From Atractiella rhizophila (taxonomy: Eukaryota): a DNA stretch of 64,000 nt. Positions 51,148-63,104 of this stretch are shown piece after piece. Each line of letters begins with the position of its first letter. Position 1 is the stretch's first letter. The DNA lies in NCBI GenBank assembly GCA_021432655.1, contig MU271254.1:1-64000 (forward strand). Reading direction: 5' to 3'. Below the pieces are notes generated by a model that was not told the DNA's origin, did not search any database, and worked only from the letters and a program-made list of their open reading frames with translations. The position numbers were made by a program, and so were the translations under genes.

Positions 51148-53542
51148 CTACCAGAAAGCCGCCTTCAAATTGGTTGTGCCCTCAGGAGCTCCAATGACAA
51201 CCGCTTCAGCATTGGCCTTCAGCTCGTTTTGCAAAGTGGCAGGGTCGTAGACTTCGTACTTGCTGATCTCAACTGCTAGAAGACCAGCAACTCCCGGAGC
51301 TGAAAACGATGTCCCATTACTCTACATCATCCGTATCATCAGCGGTCCCACCCCGAAGAGCAGCCTTTGGATACTTGCCACTGCCATTGCGTCGGGAGAA
51401 GTAATGTCAGCTGATTCGATTTCAACACCTCGATACCTTAGCACAAAAGTCATGCTTCTTCGTTGGCTGTATCTTATTGTTACTACGCACCAAACATCAA
51501 CGACGCTGCCCCAATCGGAAAAGTTCGCCTTGACATTTTGATCGTCTATCGCGCCAACAGTGATGGCCTCTTCCACTCTACAGGGGCTGTACGAGGAAGC
51601 GTCGACGTTGTTGTTCCCGGCCGCAATGGTGACGGATACATTCGCTGCGAGAGCTGCTCGGACTGCATCATCGATCGCTGGTGTAGGGCTTGATCCCCAA
51701 GATAAATTTATGACTGTCTAGACATTAATTCCACGAGACAGGGTAAATGATGAAAGCTCACTTGATGGACGTCCACTTGAGATCGCCGACTCAGTGGCCC
51801 AGTTGATGCCACTTATCCAGTCCGAAAAAAGGCCCTGAGAACGGTCATCGAACGTTCTCGAAGACAAAGGAGCCTGCACTCACCAGTCCAGAATCGCTAA
51901 AAACTTTAACTGCTATGATGGAAGCTGCGTGTGCAACGCCCGAACACGGTGCTTGTCCAGCAGCAACACCCATGGTAAAAGTGCCATGACCCAGGCCGTC
52001 TGCGACGAAGTTCAGTTCCGATTGCGCGAGTAATTCAAGTACCTCACCTTTCGTGGGGTCCGGGGTAGGGTAATACAAGAAACTAGCCTGGGGTGAGGAA
52101 AAATGGCACCGAAGGGACATTCAGACCTAGTGCCAAATCTAGCTCGACCTCCAAAGCAAGAGTGCTCCACGTAAACACCTGAGTCGACCGAGTAAATGTC
52201 CACGCCGTCTCCTATCCAAATAAACAGTTTGATTCATGGTTGGTGGTAGAATATGGAAAAAGATGACCGTTTTCTGTTGCGCGCAAATTGACGGCGTCAG
52301 CTCCCTCATTGATGGCTGGGTTGCTCATCGCGGGATTTCTGCTCCACTCCAGTTTAATAGTACCATCCTAGTTTATAAGTGAGCTTTAAGCTGTCATGTA
52401 GAGTAAAGGAAGCACCTCTTCCACAGACTCAACATTATCGTCTGCTAGTAGTTGTTCCAGTGTTTCAGCGCTCAGTTCGGCAGCGTAGGCATTTATAACT
52501 AATTATATGTTGTACCCCGTCGTTTGCAAAGATATGGTCAACCTACTCGACCAATCATAAATGACTTTCGAAGTCATGCTTCTCCGAGCATTTTGTGCCT
52601 TTCTCTGTTGTCAGAAACAATGTGAACAAGGAGGGAGGCTTACAGTTGACTGAATAAAAGTCTGCTTGTCAATTCCAGAACACGGTGCTTGTCCAGCAGC
52701 AACACCCATGGTAAAAGTGCCATGACCCAGGCCGTCTGCGACGAAGTTCAGTTCCGATTGCGCGAGTAATTCAAGTACCTCACCTTTCGTGGGGTCCGGG
52801 GTAGGGTAATACAAGAAACTAGCCTGGGGTGAGGAAAAATGGCACCGAAGGGACATTCAGACCTAATGCCAAATCTAGCTCGACCTCCAAAGCAAGAGTG
52901 CTCCACGTAAACACCTGAGTCGACCGAGTAAATGTCCACGCCGTCTCCTATCCAAATAAACTTTTTGATTCATGGTTGGCGGTAAAATATGGAAAAAGAT
53001 GACCGTTTGCTGTTGCGCGCACATTGACGGCGTCAGCTCCCTCATTGATGGCCAGGTTGCTCATCGCGGGATTTCTGCTCCACTCCAGTTTAATAGTACC
53101 ATCCTACTTTATAAGTGAGCTTTAAGCTGTCATGTAGAGTAAAGGAAGCACCTCTTCCACAGACTCAACATTGTCATCCGCTAGTAGTTGTTCCAGTGTT
53201 TCAGCCCTCAGTTCGGCAGCGTAGGCATTTATAACTAAATTATATGTTGTACCCCGTCGATAGCAAAGATATGGTAAACCTACTCGACCAATCATAAATG
53301 ACTTTCGACCTCCGAGCATTTTGTGCCTTTCTCTGTTGTCAGAAACAATGTGAACAAGGAGGGAGGCTTACAGTTGACTGAATAAAAGTCTGCTTGTCAA
53401 TTCCATACTTCAATCTGACGATATAACGGCCAGAGATTGGCAGCTCAGCTTTCTTGTATTTGTGCGTGTCGACGCTGATGGCTAGGGCAGAAGTGCCAAT
53501 CAACAAAGTAAGAAGGCGGTAAAAGCAGACTGATGACAGCAT
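51148..53542 (-). CDS. Secreted subtilisin (S8A) with I9 prodomain and in-frame internal duplication
   Basis: Signal peptide; I9 motifs RYIVRLK, KVIYDWS|IINAYAAEL, VESVEE; triad motifs VDSG, DGLGHGT, NGTSFSAP; AAGN; stop at 51148. Confidence 0.88.
51942..53405. repeat. Tandem duplication: 51942-52677 and 52678-53405
   Basis: Two head-to-tail copies of 736 and 728 bp with about 20 differences counted by eye. Confidence 0.95.
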
Positions 53543-53905
53543 TCTGTAAATACTCCTAGAATTAAACGGTAAAAGCAATAAACCGCTGGTATTCTTCTGC
53601 TTGGTAGCATTGTCATTTATATAGATGGTCACTGTGCCACGCGTGAGGACGGAATGCAGGAGGCTTAGTCGCGTGCCTCTCGTCCACTCAGGGATATATG
53701 CGTCGGATCGTGAACATCCTTATGAGACAGCCCATTAGATGTGGACACATCTGTCGCGTATGGGTAGGCTCTACACCAGCTCCACACTAGAGTCTCTTGA
53801 GTTCCTTCCATTCCACACACCAACACGATTCAAGCACCAAACGCGTCAGGTGACCTCAAACAACAAACAACAAGTGAAGCGTAAGAAGCAAGTGTGAACT
53901 TGGTT

Positions 53906-55310
53906 ATGGGGAGGATTGCCGCGATGTTGAAAGAGGACTTTTTCAAGTTTAGAAAGTTCCACGGAGTGATATTAGACTGGGTGCTAGCTTCAGTCGTGAG
54001 TGCGACTGCTCAGCAGCTCCCATCCATGATGTCATGCTCCTGCTCATTCTGTGTCAGGTCGTTCTTATCAGTCACTTTGTAGCGGAAAATGTGAAGCCTT
54101 ACGAGCGTGATCCTGGACTGTACATAGGAGACCCGAATGTCCACAAAGCGTACTTGGGTACTGAGCGGTGCGTCTTCCTTTCTTCACTTCAAACGGGACA
54201 GGGTAGTGATTGAAAGATCTGCTGTTGCCGCATAGCGTCACAGCTGAACAGAATCTCATTATATCCATATGGGTCCCAGCACTTTTGGCACGTAGTATCA
54301 TTCCTAAACATGAGCACAATGTCAATGTTCCTGCAGGCAGCTCTCATCGGTCTCTTTCGGCGGTCATTGTACGAGGCTCAAACTGCCCTTCTGACGACTT
54401 ACGTTGCTCAGTGAGTCGTTTGTTATCTTTACTACTTTACAATCACTATTTTTGTTCTGACGCAATGGTACAGAGCCGTCATGCGCATCATTGTGGACAT
54501 GATCAAGCTCATGGTTGGACGGCTTCGGTCAGTCTTCTTTCTTCTCTTTGCCTTCCTACTTATGCAAATCTTGTAGCCCCGACTTTTTCGGTCGTTGCCA
54601 GTGGGATTTCCTTGAGCAGGTGTGCACTGGTGACCCAGCCGTAGTGGCTGAAGGACGAAAGAGTTTCCCAAGCGGCGAGTTCTTCACAACCAGCCTTGAA
54701 TGGAGCTCATTATCCATCACAGGACATTCCTCTTCCACATTCACTGTACGTCAACTTCTTCTGAAAAAGGTGTACAGGAGAGACTGAAATTAGAATAGGG
54801 AGTGACGATCTTTGTTCTTTTTCTTGCTGGAAAGACGAAAGCTTTCGTCCCCTCCGTGAGCATTGAAGACCTACATGGCCCTTACTTGTGGCGTTCCGCG
54901 AGGCTGTTACGATTTGGAATCACGATTTCCCCGTTCATCCTTAGCTTTTATGTTGCTATGTCAAGGATCCAGGTGTGTCCTTCTCCTATGCCTATGGCTG
55001 GTGACGCTGACAGGTGTCAATAAGGACCATGTTCATCACCCTGAAGACGTATTGGTTGGATCCCTCATCGGCGTTTTCATTGCTGTACGTTGCTTCTGGA
55101 TATTGCTTGTACCCATCCAAGCAGGACTGACGATTTGCGTAACAGACTGTTACATATCACCTCTACTGGCCGTCTCCTTTCAATCCTAACGCAATTCAAG
55201 GAATGGCGAAACCACGGGACCTGCAAAACCCCATTTCTCTGCCTAGCACACGGCAGGAGGTGGAAGACGAGCACTTGCTCGCTGACGAGGGAGAACATGG
55301 CGTCGTTTGA
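53906..55310 (+). CDS. PAP2-family lipid phosphate phosphatase (DPP1/LPP1-like), copy 1
   Basis: Spliced motifs KLMVGRLRPDF (KxxxxxxRP), SFPSGHSS and SRIQ|DHVHHPED (SRxxxxxHxxD-like). Confidence 0.88.
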
Positions 55311-55526
55311 TCTTGAGATGTTAGTTAGGAAGAGATACCATAGGTGTAACGTGCAACGAAATGAACAGTAATATCATTAAATCACCATCGTGCCAATTAA
55401 TCTGATCCGAAAGTGGGATACTCAGTACTGAAGTGACAAATGATGGGTATAATGCTTGTGTAGGACAAAGTACGAAATTGTTAATATGTGAGGGTCAAAG
55501 TATGCCAAGAAATTGTCGTCAGATCG

Positions 55527-55709
55527 TTACAGGGTCGTGGGAAAGTCTTGTTTCTTGAATGAATTTGATCGCTGGAGACAGTAAATAATCTCTGACCAAA
55601 TCGCGAATCGATTGAATTGCCTGCAACCACATATTGTCTCTTAGCATCATCATCCGCACGGAGGACAGTTCGCACCTTCGTTGAAGATAGCGTTGAATCG
55701 ACTGCGAAA
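55527..55709 (-). pseudogene. Orphan duplicate of the last MVP1 exons
   Basis: Matches 57363-57545 and is cut inside the upstream intron at the duplication junction. Confidence 0.75.
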
Positions 55710-55741
55710 ATGAAGCGTAAGAAGCAAGTGTGAACTTGGTT

Positions 55742-57145
55742 ATGGGGAGGATTGCCGCGATGTTGAAAGAGGACTTTTTCAAGTTTAGAAAGTTCCACGG
55801 AGTGATATTAGACTGGGTGCTAGCTTCAGTCGTGAGTGCGACTGCTCAGCAGCTCCCATCCATGATGTCATGCTCCTGCTCATTCTGTGTCAGGTTGTTC
55901 TTATCAGTCACTTCGTAGCAGAAAATGTGAAGCCTTATGAGCGCGATCCTGGCCTGTACATAGGAGATCCGAATGTGCATAAAGCGTACCTGGGTACTGA
56001 GCGGTGCGTCTTCCTTTCTTCACTTCAAACGGGACAGGGTAGTGATTGAAAGATCTGCTGTTGCCGCATAGCGTCACAGCTGAACAGAATCTCATTATAT
56101 CCATATGGGTCCCAGCACTTTTGGCACGTAGTATCATTCCTAAACATGAGCACAATGTCAATGTTCCTGCAGGCAGCTCTCATCGGTCTCTTTCGGAGGT
56201 CATTGTACGAGGCCCAAACTGCCCTTCTGACGACTTACGTTGCTCAGTGAGTCGTTTGTTATCTTTACTACTTTACAATCACTATTTTGTTCTGACGCAA
56301 TGGTACAGAGCCGTCATGCGCATCATTGTGGACATGATCAAGCTCATGGTTGGACGGCTTCGGTCAGTCTTCTTTCTTCTCTTTGCCTTCCTACTTATGC
56401 AAATCTTGTAGCCCCGACTTTTTCGGTCGTTGCCAGTGGGATTTCCTTGAGCAGGTGTGCACTGGTGACCCAGCCGTAGTGGCTGAAGGACGAAAGAGTT
56501 TCCCAAGCGGTGAGTTCTTCACAACCAGCCTTGAATGGAGCTCATTATCCATCACAGGACATTCCTCTTCCACATTCACTGTACGTCAACTTCTTCTGAA
56601 AAAGGTGTACAGGAGAGACTGAAATTAGAATAGGGAGTGACGATCTTTGTTCTTTTTCTTGCTGGAAAGACGAAAGCTTTCGTCCCCTCCGTGAGCATTG
56701 AAGACCTACATGGCCCTTACTTGTGGCGCTCCGCGAGGCTGTTACGATTTGGAATCACGATTTCCCCGTTCATCCTTAGCTTTTATGTTGCCATGTCAAG
56801 GATCCAGGTGCGTGCTTCGCCTATGCCTATGGCTGGTGTCGCTGACAGGTGTCAATAAGGACCATGTTCATCACCCTGAAGACGTATTGGTTGGATCCCT
56901 CATCGGCGTTTTCATTGCTGTACGTTGCTTCTGGATATTGCTTGTACCCATCCAAGCAGGACTGACGATTTGCGTAACAGACTGTTACATATCACCTCTA
57001 CTGGCCGTCTCCTTTCAATCCTAACGCAATTCAAGGAATGGCGAAACCACGGGACCTGCAAAACCCCATTTCTCTGCCTAGCACACGGCAGGAGGTGGAA
57101 GATGAGCACTTGCTCGCTGACGAGGGAGAACATGGCGTCGTTTAA
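55742..57145 (+). CDS. PAP2-family lipid phosphate phosphatase, copy 2
   Basis: Same predicted protein as copy 1; splice sites intact; stop is TAA instead of TGA. Confidence 0.85.
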
Positions 57146-57362
57146 TCTTGAGATGTTAGTTAGGAAGAGATACCATAGGTATAACGAGCAACGAAATGAA
57201 CAGTAATATCATTAAATCACCATCGTGCCAATTAATCTGATCCGAAAGTGGGATACTCAGTACTGAAGTGACAAAATGATGGGTATAATGCTTGTGTAGG
57301 ACAAAGTACGAAATTGTTAATATGTGAGGGTCAAAGTATGCCAAGAAATTGTCGTCAGATCG

Positions 57363-59381
57363 TTACAGGGTCGTGGGAAAGTCTTGTTTCTTGAATGAAT
57401 TTGATCGCTGGAGACAGTAAATAATCTCTGACCAAATCGCGAATCGATTGAATTGCCTGCAACCACATATTGTCTCTTAGCATCATCATCCGCACGGAGG
57501 ACAGTTCGCACCTTCGTTGAAGATAGCGTTGAATCGACTGCGAAAGAGTGTCAATCACGTCTGAGGAAGTCATAAAGGAGCAACATACCGATTTGTCCTT
57601 ATGAATCTGTTGTGACACCTTCTCCACGTCCGCCTCAACGCCGGAGGTTTGTCTTAAACTCTCAAGTTTGCGTTGGTTCTTCTCCACCTGCTTGTTGAGC
57701 TTCTCAACTGGCTCTGACGCAAGAATGGCATCGTAGCGAGCGCTGCTAAGGAGGAAACAGTGAAATATTTCCCGATGGGACTTCAACTTTTCAAGAGCGA
57801 AAGAAGAGCGCTGATGTGCCTGTGTTTCATATTAAGAAGGCGCAGTAGAATAAAACGTGGGAGTGACGTACTGAATGTTCTAGCTCTTCAGCTTGCTTTG
57901 CAACATCATTCAAAAATGCTGTCATCTTATCAGTTGGATGCGGCGGTCCGATTACATACGCTTGTCCTTCTCCTTGGAGAAGAGCTTCCATGAGTAGTTT
58001 GACGCGCGAAAAGTCAGAGCTTTGAGCTTCAGTCCGCTACATCACATCACAAATGGACATCAGTAAGGCGGAAGACTTCCGTAGGCGACGTACCTTGGAA
58101 ATTCGTTCCACGGATGTGCAAATTCGGGTCCAATAATCAATGATAGTCGGCAGAGAGGATCGGAAGGTGAGTAACTTTTCGTCGAAGTCTGCCCAGGAAT
58201 CAGTCGCATCCAATGGTAGGAATGGAAACACACCAGATGGTATGGACATTTCCTCCTCCGACGTCAGGTGACGTGAATATCCCTCCTCCTCCAATGAGAT
58301 GGATCGATTGTTGTTGCTTTTCCATGCAGAAAGCTCAACCTTCTCATTGAAGAACGTGACCACAAGAGCGTCCTTGGATAGAACGGGATGATTCGCAATG
58401 TGCGTTAAAGCACGCTGGAGTGCTCGCCGCCTACGTTCCAGAAATTGATCTTGGTTGTCAGCAGTGAGATGCTATTTAGTCACAAAAATTAGGCAACAGC
58501 GTTAGGAGGAGAAATGAACGCCCCACATAACCAGAAACTGAAAATCGTTTGGGCGGGAGAGCAGGGATGATGCGGCATGGGTACCTCTTTGAAAGGCAAT
58601 CGAGCAACCAATCGAAGTCGCTAAATCGTCTGGTGACAGTCACTCCTTTCTTCGTAATGTGGTATACTTTGTGCGCAAACAACCATTGTCCCTCCTTAGT
58701 GGGGACGAGTTCGACAATAACTTCGGTCAAGGACGGTAATATCCAGCTCTCGTGCAAAGGGAGGCCATCTTGGGACTCCACCACCTCATCAGGCTCTGCC
58801 ACAGGCTCAAACCCAGTTGTCGGGCGGCCATTAGGCACATAAGTCTTCGCACTGTTCCACGGGTCGGAAGGCATTCGTGTCGGGACCATGCGCTCAGTCC
58901 TGCTCTGCCAGGTAGAGAAGTCAAAAGTCGGACTAGGTAGGTTATCCTTGTGTTTGCTAATGTTCTCGATCGAAACCTCTTCTCCATTTTGAGCGAAAGC
59001 GGTGAGTGCGCAGGAGACGAAGAACTCCAGCTTTCCGATTCGAGCTTTTGTCGTCTCGGCTACGAGATTAGATATCTTTTCGATCGTGGCAGGGGAGAGC
59101 GACGCGCAATGAGATAGAAAGCGATGGAGGGTTATGAGGGAGAGGTCTGGCGTGAATGGACCTTCTGAAACCGTTTCCCAAGCTCTATAGTAGATTGCAG
59201 GGACATCTCCGGCTGTGTCATAGTCTCGATGATCATTAACCCAGAGATGAAGGGGAAACGCACAAATAATTGGGTTGGATGCGGGAGCGCTCCAGGGGTC
59301 ATCCTCCTCGCTCCCATAAATGCTGTTGGAAGCAGAATGGGTGAGGCCTGCAAAAGAGTGGCGTAGAGGTGATTGAGCCAT
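57363..59381 (-). CDS. MVP1: Sorting nexin Mvp1 (SNX8-like, PX-BAR); exact C-terminus uncertain
   Basis: EH-like N-terminus; PX domain VTRRFSDFDWLLDCLSKRYPCRIIPALPPK, FLERRRRALQR; coiled-coil BAR region. Confidence 0.85.
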
Positions 59382-59482
59382 ATCACAAGCCTTTGCTCTG
59401 GCCAGTCAGTTTAAGAGATGGTCGTCTGAAGTGCTTGTTGATCTCCAGGCGGTCGGACAAGAGAGTATCATCCACATCCACA

Positions 59483-60477
59483 ATGGCTGTATCCCTTCTT
59501 GCTCTGGGTCGGAATGGTCGAAATGCCTACAGCGCGAAGAGACTCATCAGCACAGTATCAGCAAAGGAGATATCTCACTTCTCTCGCCTTTCCGAGCAGT
59601 GGTGGGACGAAAACGGCGAGTTCAAATACCTCCATCGCATGAACCCCAGCAGAATCGCATTCCTCAAACAGCGCCTGTTGCACACCGAGGAGTATGAAGT
59701 AAACAACTTTGAAGGGAACCAGTGGCTGAAAGGGCGGAAGGTTTTGGATGTAGGGTGCGGTGGTGGATTGTTTGCAGAAGTGAGGTTCCGTTCTGCCTTG
59801 ATACAAAATGGGATAATGGGAGGTTGTGGTTTCGCTTGACAAAGGCGCTCGCGAGAGTGGGAGGAAGAGTGACAGGTGTAGATGCCTCCGAGTCAAACAT
59901 AGACATTGCTCGTCTACACGCTTCTCAAGACCCTTTCCTCAGCGAGGCTGGTCCATCAAATGTCACTTACAGGGTCGCACGGGTTGAAGCTCTCGCCGAA
60001 AAGGAGGCAGAACAGTACGACGTGGTGACATCGATGGAGGTACTGGAACACGTATCGAATCCCAATTTCTTCCTGCGCTCCCTCCTCCGACTTTTAAAGG
60101 TACGTCACCTCGTTCACTCTTAGCTCATGACCCCACGATGCGATGGATTGCTTTTTGACCAGCCAAACGGTCACCTCATATTGTCCACCATCTCACGAAC
60201 ACCGCTTTCCCAGCTACTCACCATCTCCATTGCCGAGAATCGCTTCTTCGGTTCTGTTGCACCAGGAACACATACTTACAACCAGTTTGTGAAGCCGGAA
60301 GAGCTCCGACGATTCTTTGAAGAGGTGTATCCAGACCGGTCATTGACAAGAAGCTCCGACCTCGAGTTCAGAGGAGTGATTTACGATCCTTTTAACGGTC
60401 GATGGGTGCTGAAGAACTCTGCATCGGCTTATTTATTGTGTAATTATTATGTCGGTTTCAGGAAGCCAGGACAGTGA
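59483..60477 (+). CDS. COQ3: Ubiquinone biosynthesis O-methyltransferase
   Basis: EISHFSRLSEQWWDENGEFKYLHRMNP, VLDVGCGGGL, SMEVLEHV, LSTISRT, GTHTY; mitochondrial-type leader. Confidence 0.93.
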
Positions 60478-60949
60478 AAATCATCATCACTCACTAATAA
60501 TACTCTTTGGCTAGTAGCTGTGAATTGACTTACATTGAGAGATCAACAACCCCAAGAAAAAGCAATTTCCAAGGAAGCAAAAAAAACGATGCACATGAAA
60601 ATTGCTTAAAAACACATTTCATTCTGATTTCATTCATTCTTCTTTATGTTTCAATCAATGATGCAACACAAGCCCGTATTAGAAGAAAAAGAACTGTATC
60701 TGCTCAATCGAATCTCCAAACTATCGACACACTGGAAAGTTGCACAAGGGGAAGTGGAACGAACGAGAAATGGAACCTGAAAATGAATTGCTGGCTTGGA
60801 TTCCAGAGAGTTTTCGAGTGTTTGTAAATAAATGTTGGAGGAACGGGCAAGAGTGAGACGCATGAGCATACGACGTCAGGAAGGTTTGGGCATGGGAAAT
60901 CTTGGAGAAAATTTGTCCACAGTGGCACAACTATCTACCTTTAACACAA

Positions 60950-62814
60950 TCAGCTTCTTGCGAAGAGGAAAAGGTTGTTGGTGGCCGCAATCTGCGACAG
61001 CGGTCAGTACTTAGCCACTTCAGGTACGAGACGTACCGCAATCGTGTCTTCCCGAGGATGCCAGCTTGCGTGGAGTATCTTCTTGTTAAAATCCAAAGCG
61101 TCCATGTCGCCAATCTTTCCTCCGTTCTTGGGGGCAGCCTTTCCAGGGAATCCGACATTTGTGCTCTTCTTTCCAGCACCCATCTTTTTGGCCTTGAATG
61201 CTGACTTATCCGCTTGAAGGGGTACGTCCGTTTGACCCTCCACGTCGTAAATGTGGAAATAGTTGTTGTAAGAGCCGGATAGGATGTACCTAGAAAGAAG
61301 CATTAGTATTTCTTCGAAAAGGTCACATGGAAGACTGACTCTCCGGTGCCTGAGAAGGTGCATTCGAACTTGTCGAAGATGCAGTCATTCTCATACAGAT
61401 CGCAGAGCTTGCTGCGGAGGTTATCGTGGACGTTAATGGTCTTGACGGGCTTAGAGTCCATATTGATATCCCATATGCGCAGTGAAAGATAATCGCGAGA
61501 GAGGATGTAACGACCGTCACGCGAGAACTTGATGTCGGAGACAGAAGAGATGATTTCAGAAAAAAAGGATTTGTTCTGCGGATCTTCTTCCTCCTCGAAG
61601 CCTGTATCCATAAATGCATCAGAGATAGCTACCACAGATGATAAGCACTTACTCTTGGATTGACGATCGCACAGGGCGGAGCTCCGCATATCAGCTAGTT
61701 TCACTGTCCCCTTCGAGCTCGAATAGGCAAAGAGGTTGCACGAGAGTGGGTGAAATTCAGCAGCGGTAATGACTTCAGTTAGCTCCTCCATATTGACAGG
61801 CTTGATATCCAAGATGTCTACAAATATTGTCAATATTATCCATTCGAAATAGAAGGAACAGAATGAGCAAAGAGCACACGCACTGAAGCTCTGATCGCTG
61901 ATGCCTAGATTCCAAAGATTGATTCGAAGATCATCGGCGCTCATGTACGTCTCCCCATCGCTATTGATGGAGATCGAGTTGATATGATAAGCATGAGCAT
62001 TGGCGTAGATTTTCCGAGGGGTAGCAGCGATGATGCTATCATGGAGAGTAAGTTTAGGGATTCGGAGGTCTTTCGGCGGAGGTAAACCATTGAAAGAAGG
62101 CAGAGAGGAGGTGGAACCTGGAGCGGAAGGTGTGATGAGAGGCGGAGCTGATGGAGGATTTGCGCGGGCGCTCTGAGCAGCAAAGGAGTGATTGTTCTCG
62201 GAGACTATCTTCAGGGACTTCTCGAACACTTTCCACAACTTGATCGTTTTATCTACACACATGCCGGGTTTCTCTCATCCATGCTCCTTTATGTCAAGAG
62301 GTTCGACTCACCGTTCGTACTCAATAAGAAATGGGCTCCACCCGCCCTTTTACACCACTTGATCTTGTTGATCTTCTCCTCGATTTCCAAGCTCTTTAAG
62401 TAGTCAAACTCTGGCTCGTGCGATTGAAACTCTGTGTAGAACTTATATTCGCACGCCGCCTTTCTACGCGGAGCAGAGTCCGAGGAAGAAGAGGGTGCGG
62501 TGGCCCGTTCGAAAAGTACGACGCGACCTCCCTTGTCACCGGTTGCGAGATAATCTCCTGTGTGATCGAACTGGAAAAGGAATGAGCAGAGATCGCGATC
62601 TGAGTAGCAGACATCGAATACGAACCTCGACCGTGGAAATAATGTCGGCTTCTGTGATATCGTCGATGTCACCCTATGGGAGCTCATATCAACTCTTCTG
62701 TTCTACCATACCCCGCGAGAGTAACAAGCGAAGCGATCGCACCTTGTCCCCAAAGCATTGTGCGAACTTCCATCCCACAGTTTCCGCATCAACAACAGAA
62801 GGTGTAGCAGCCAT
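60950..62814 (-). CDS. CDC55: PP2A 55-kDa regulatory B subunit (Cdc55/Pab1)
   Basis: [71 protein letters not shown]. Confidence 0.96.
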
Positions 62815-63104
62815 CCTTTGTTCCCTTGCAATTCAAATCCTGCTTCTCCTATTCTTCTGACGATATTGGACTTCAAACTGCTGCACGATCGAAGCGTATC
62901 ACCTGTGTGATTCGCGTTTACGACTGTACAAGTGGTCGTTGTCTTGAGCAGCTGTGGTCATTATGCTCGGTCGGATTTCCCTCTTGATCTCGGGTGGCAG
63001 ATCCAAGATATCCATGCTCCAGGGTACAAGGCACGCTGCACACATTCTATTGGTTACAAGCACGAATTATAAAATTACATGTAAGTGGAAACGTCAAAGC
63101 GCCA

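Larger units (their letters stand above)
53875..57545. repeat. Tandem duplication of ~1.84 kb: 53875-55709 and 55711-57545
   Basis: Near-identical copies at an offset of ~1836 bp. The unit holds a whole PAP2 gene and the 3' tail of MVP1. Confidence 0.96.

Noticed and set aside
52560..52590. Premature stop in one subtilisin copy (MLGEA*)
   Set aside because: That stop is in the wrong frame; the spliced frame reads RRSMTSKVIYDW and is open.
4497..60477. Lipid-metabolism gene cluster (amidase, acyltransferase, ceramidase, PAP2, carrier, COQ3)
   Set aside because: The genes are scattered among unrelated housekeeping genes, with no backbone synthase or shared pathway.
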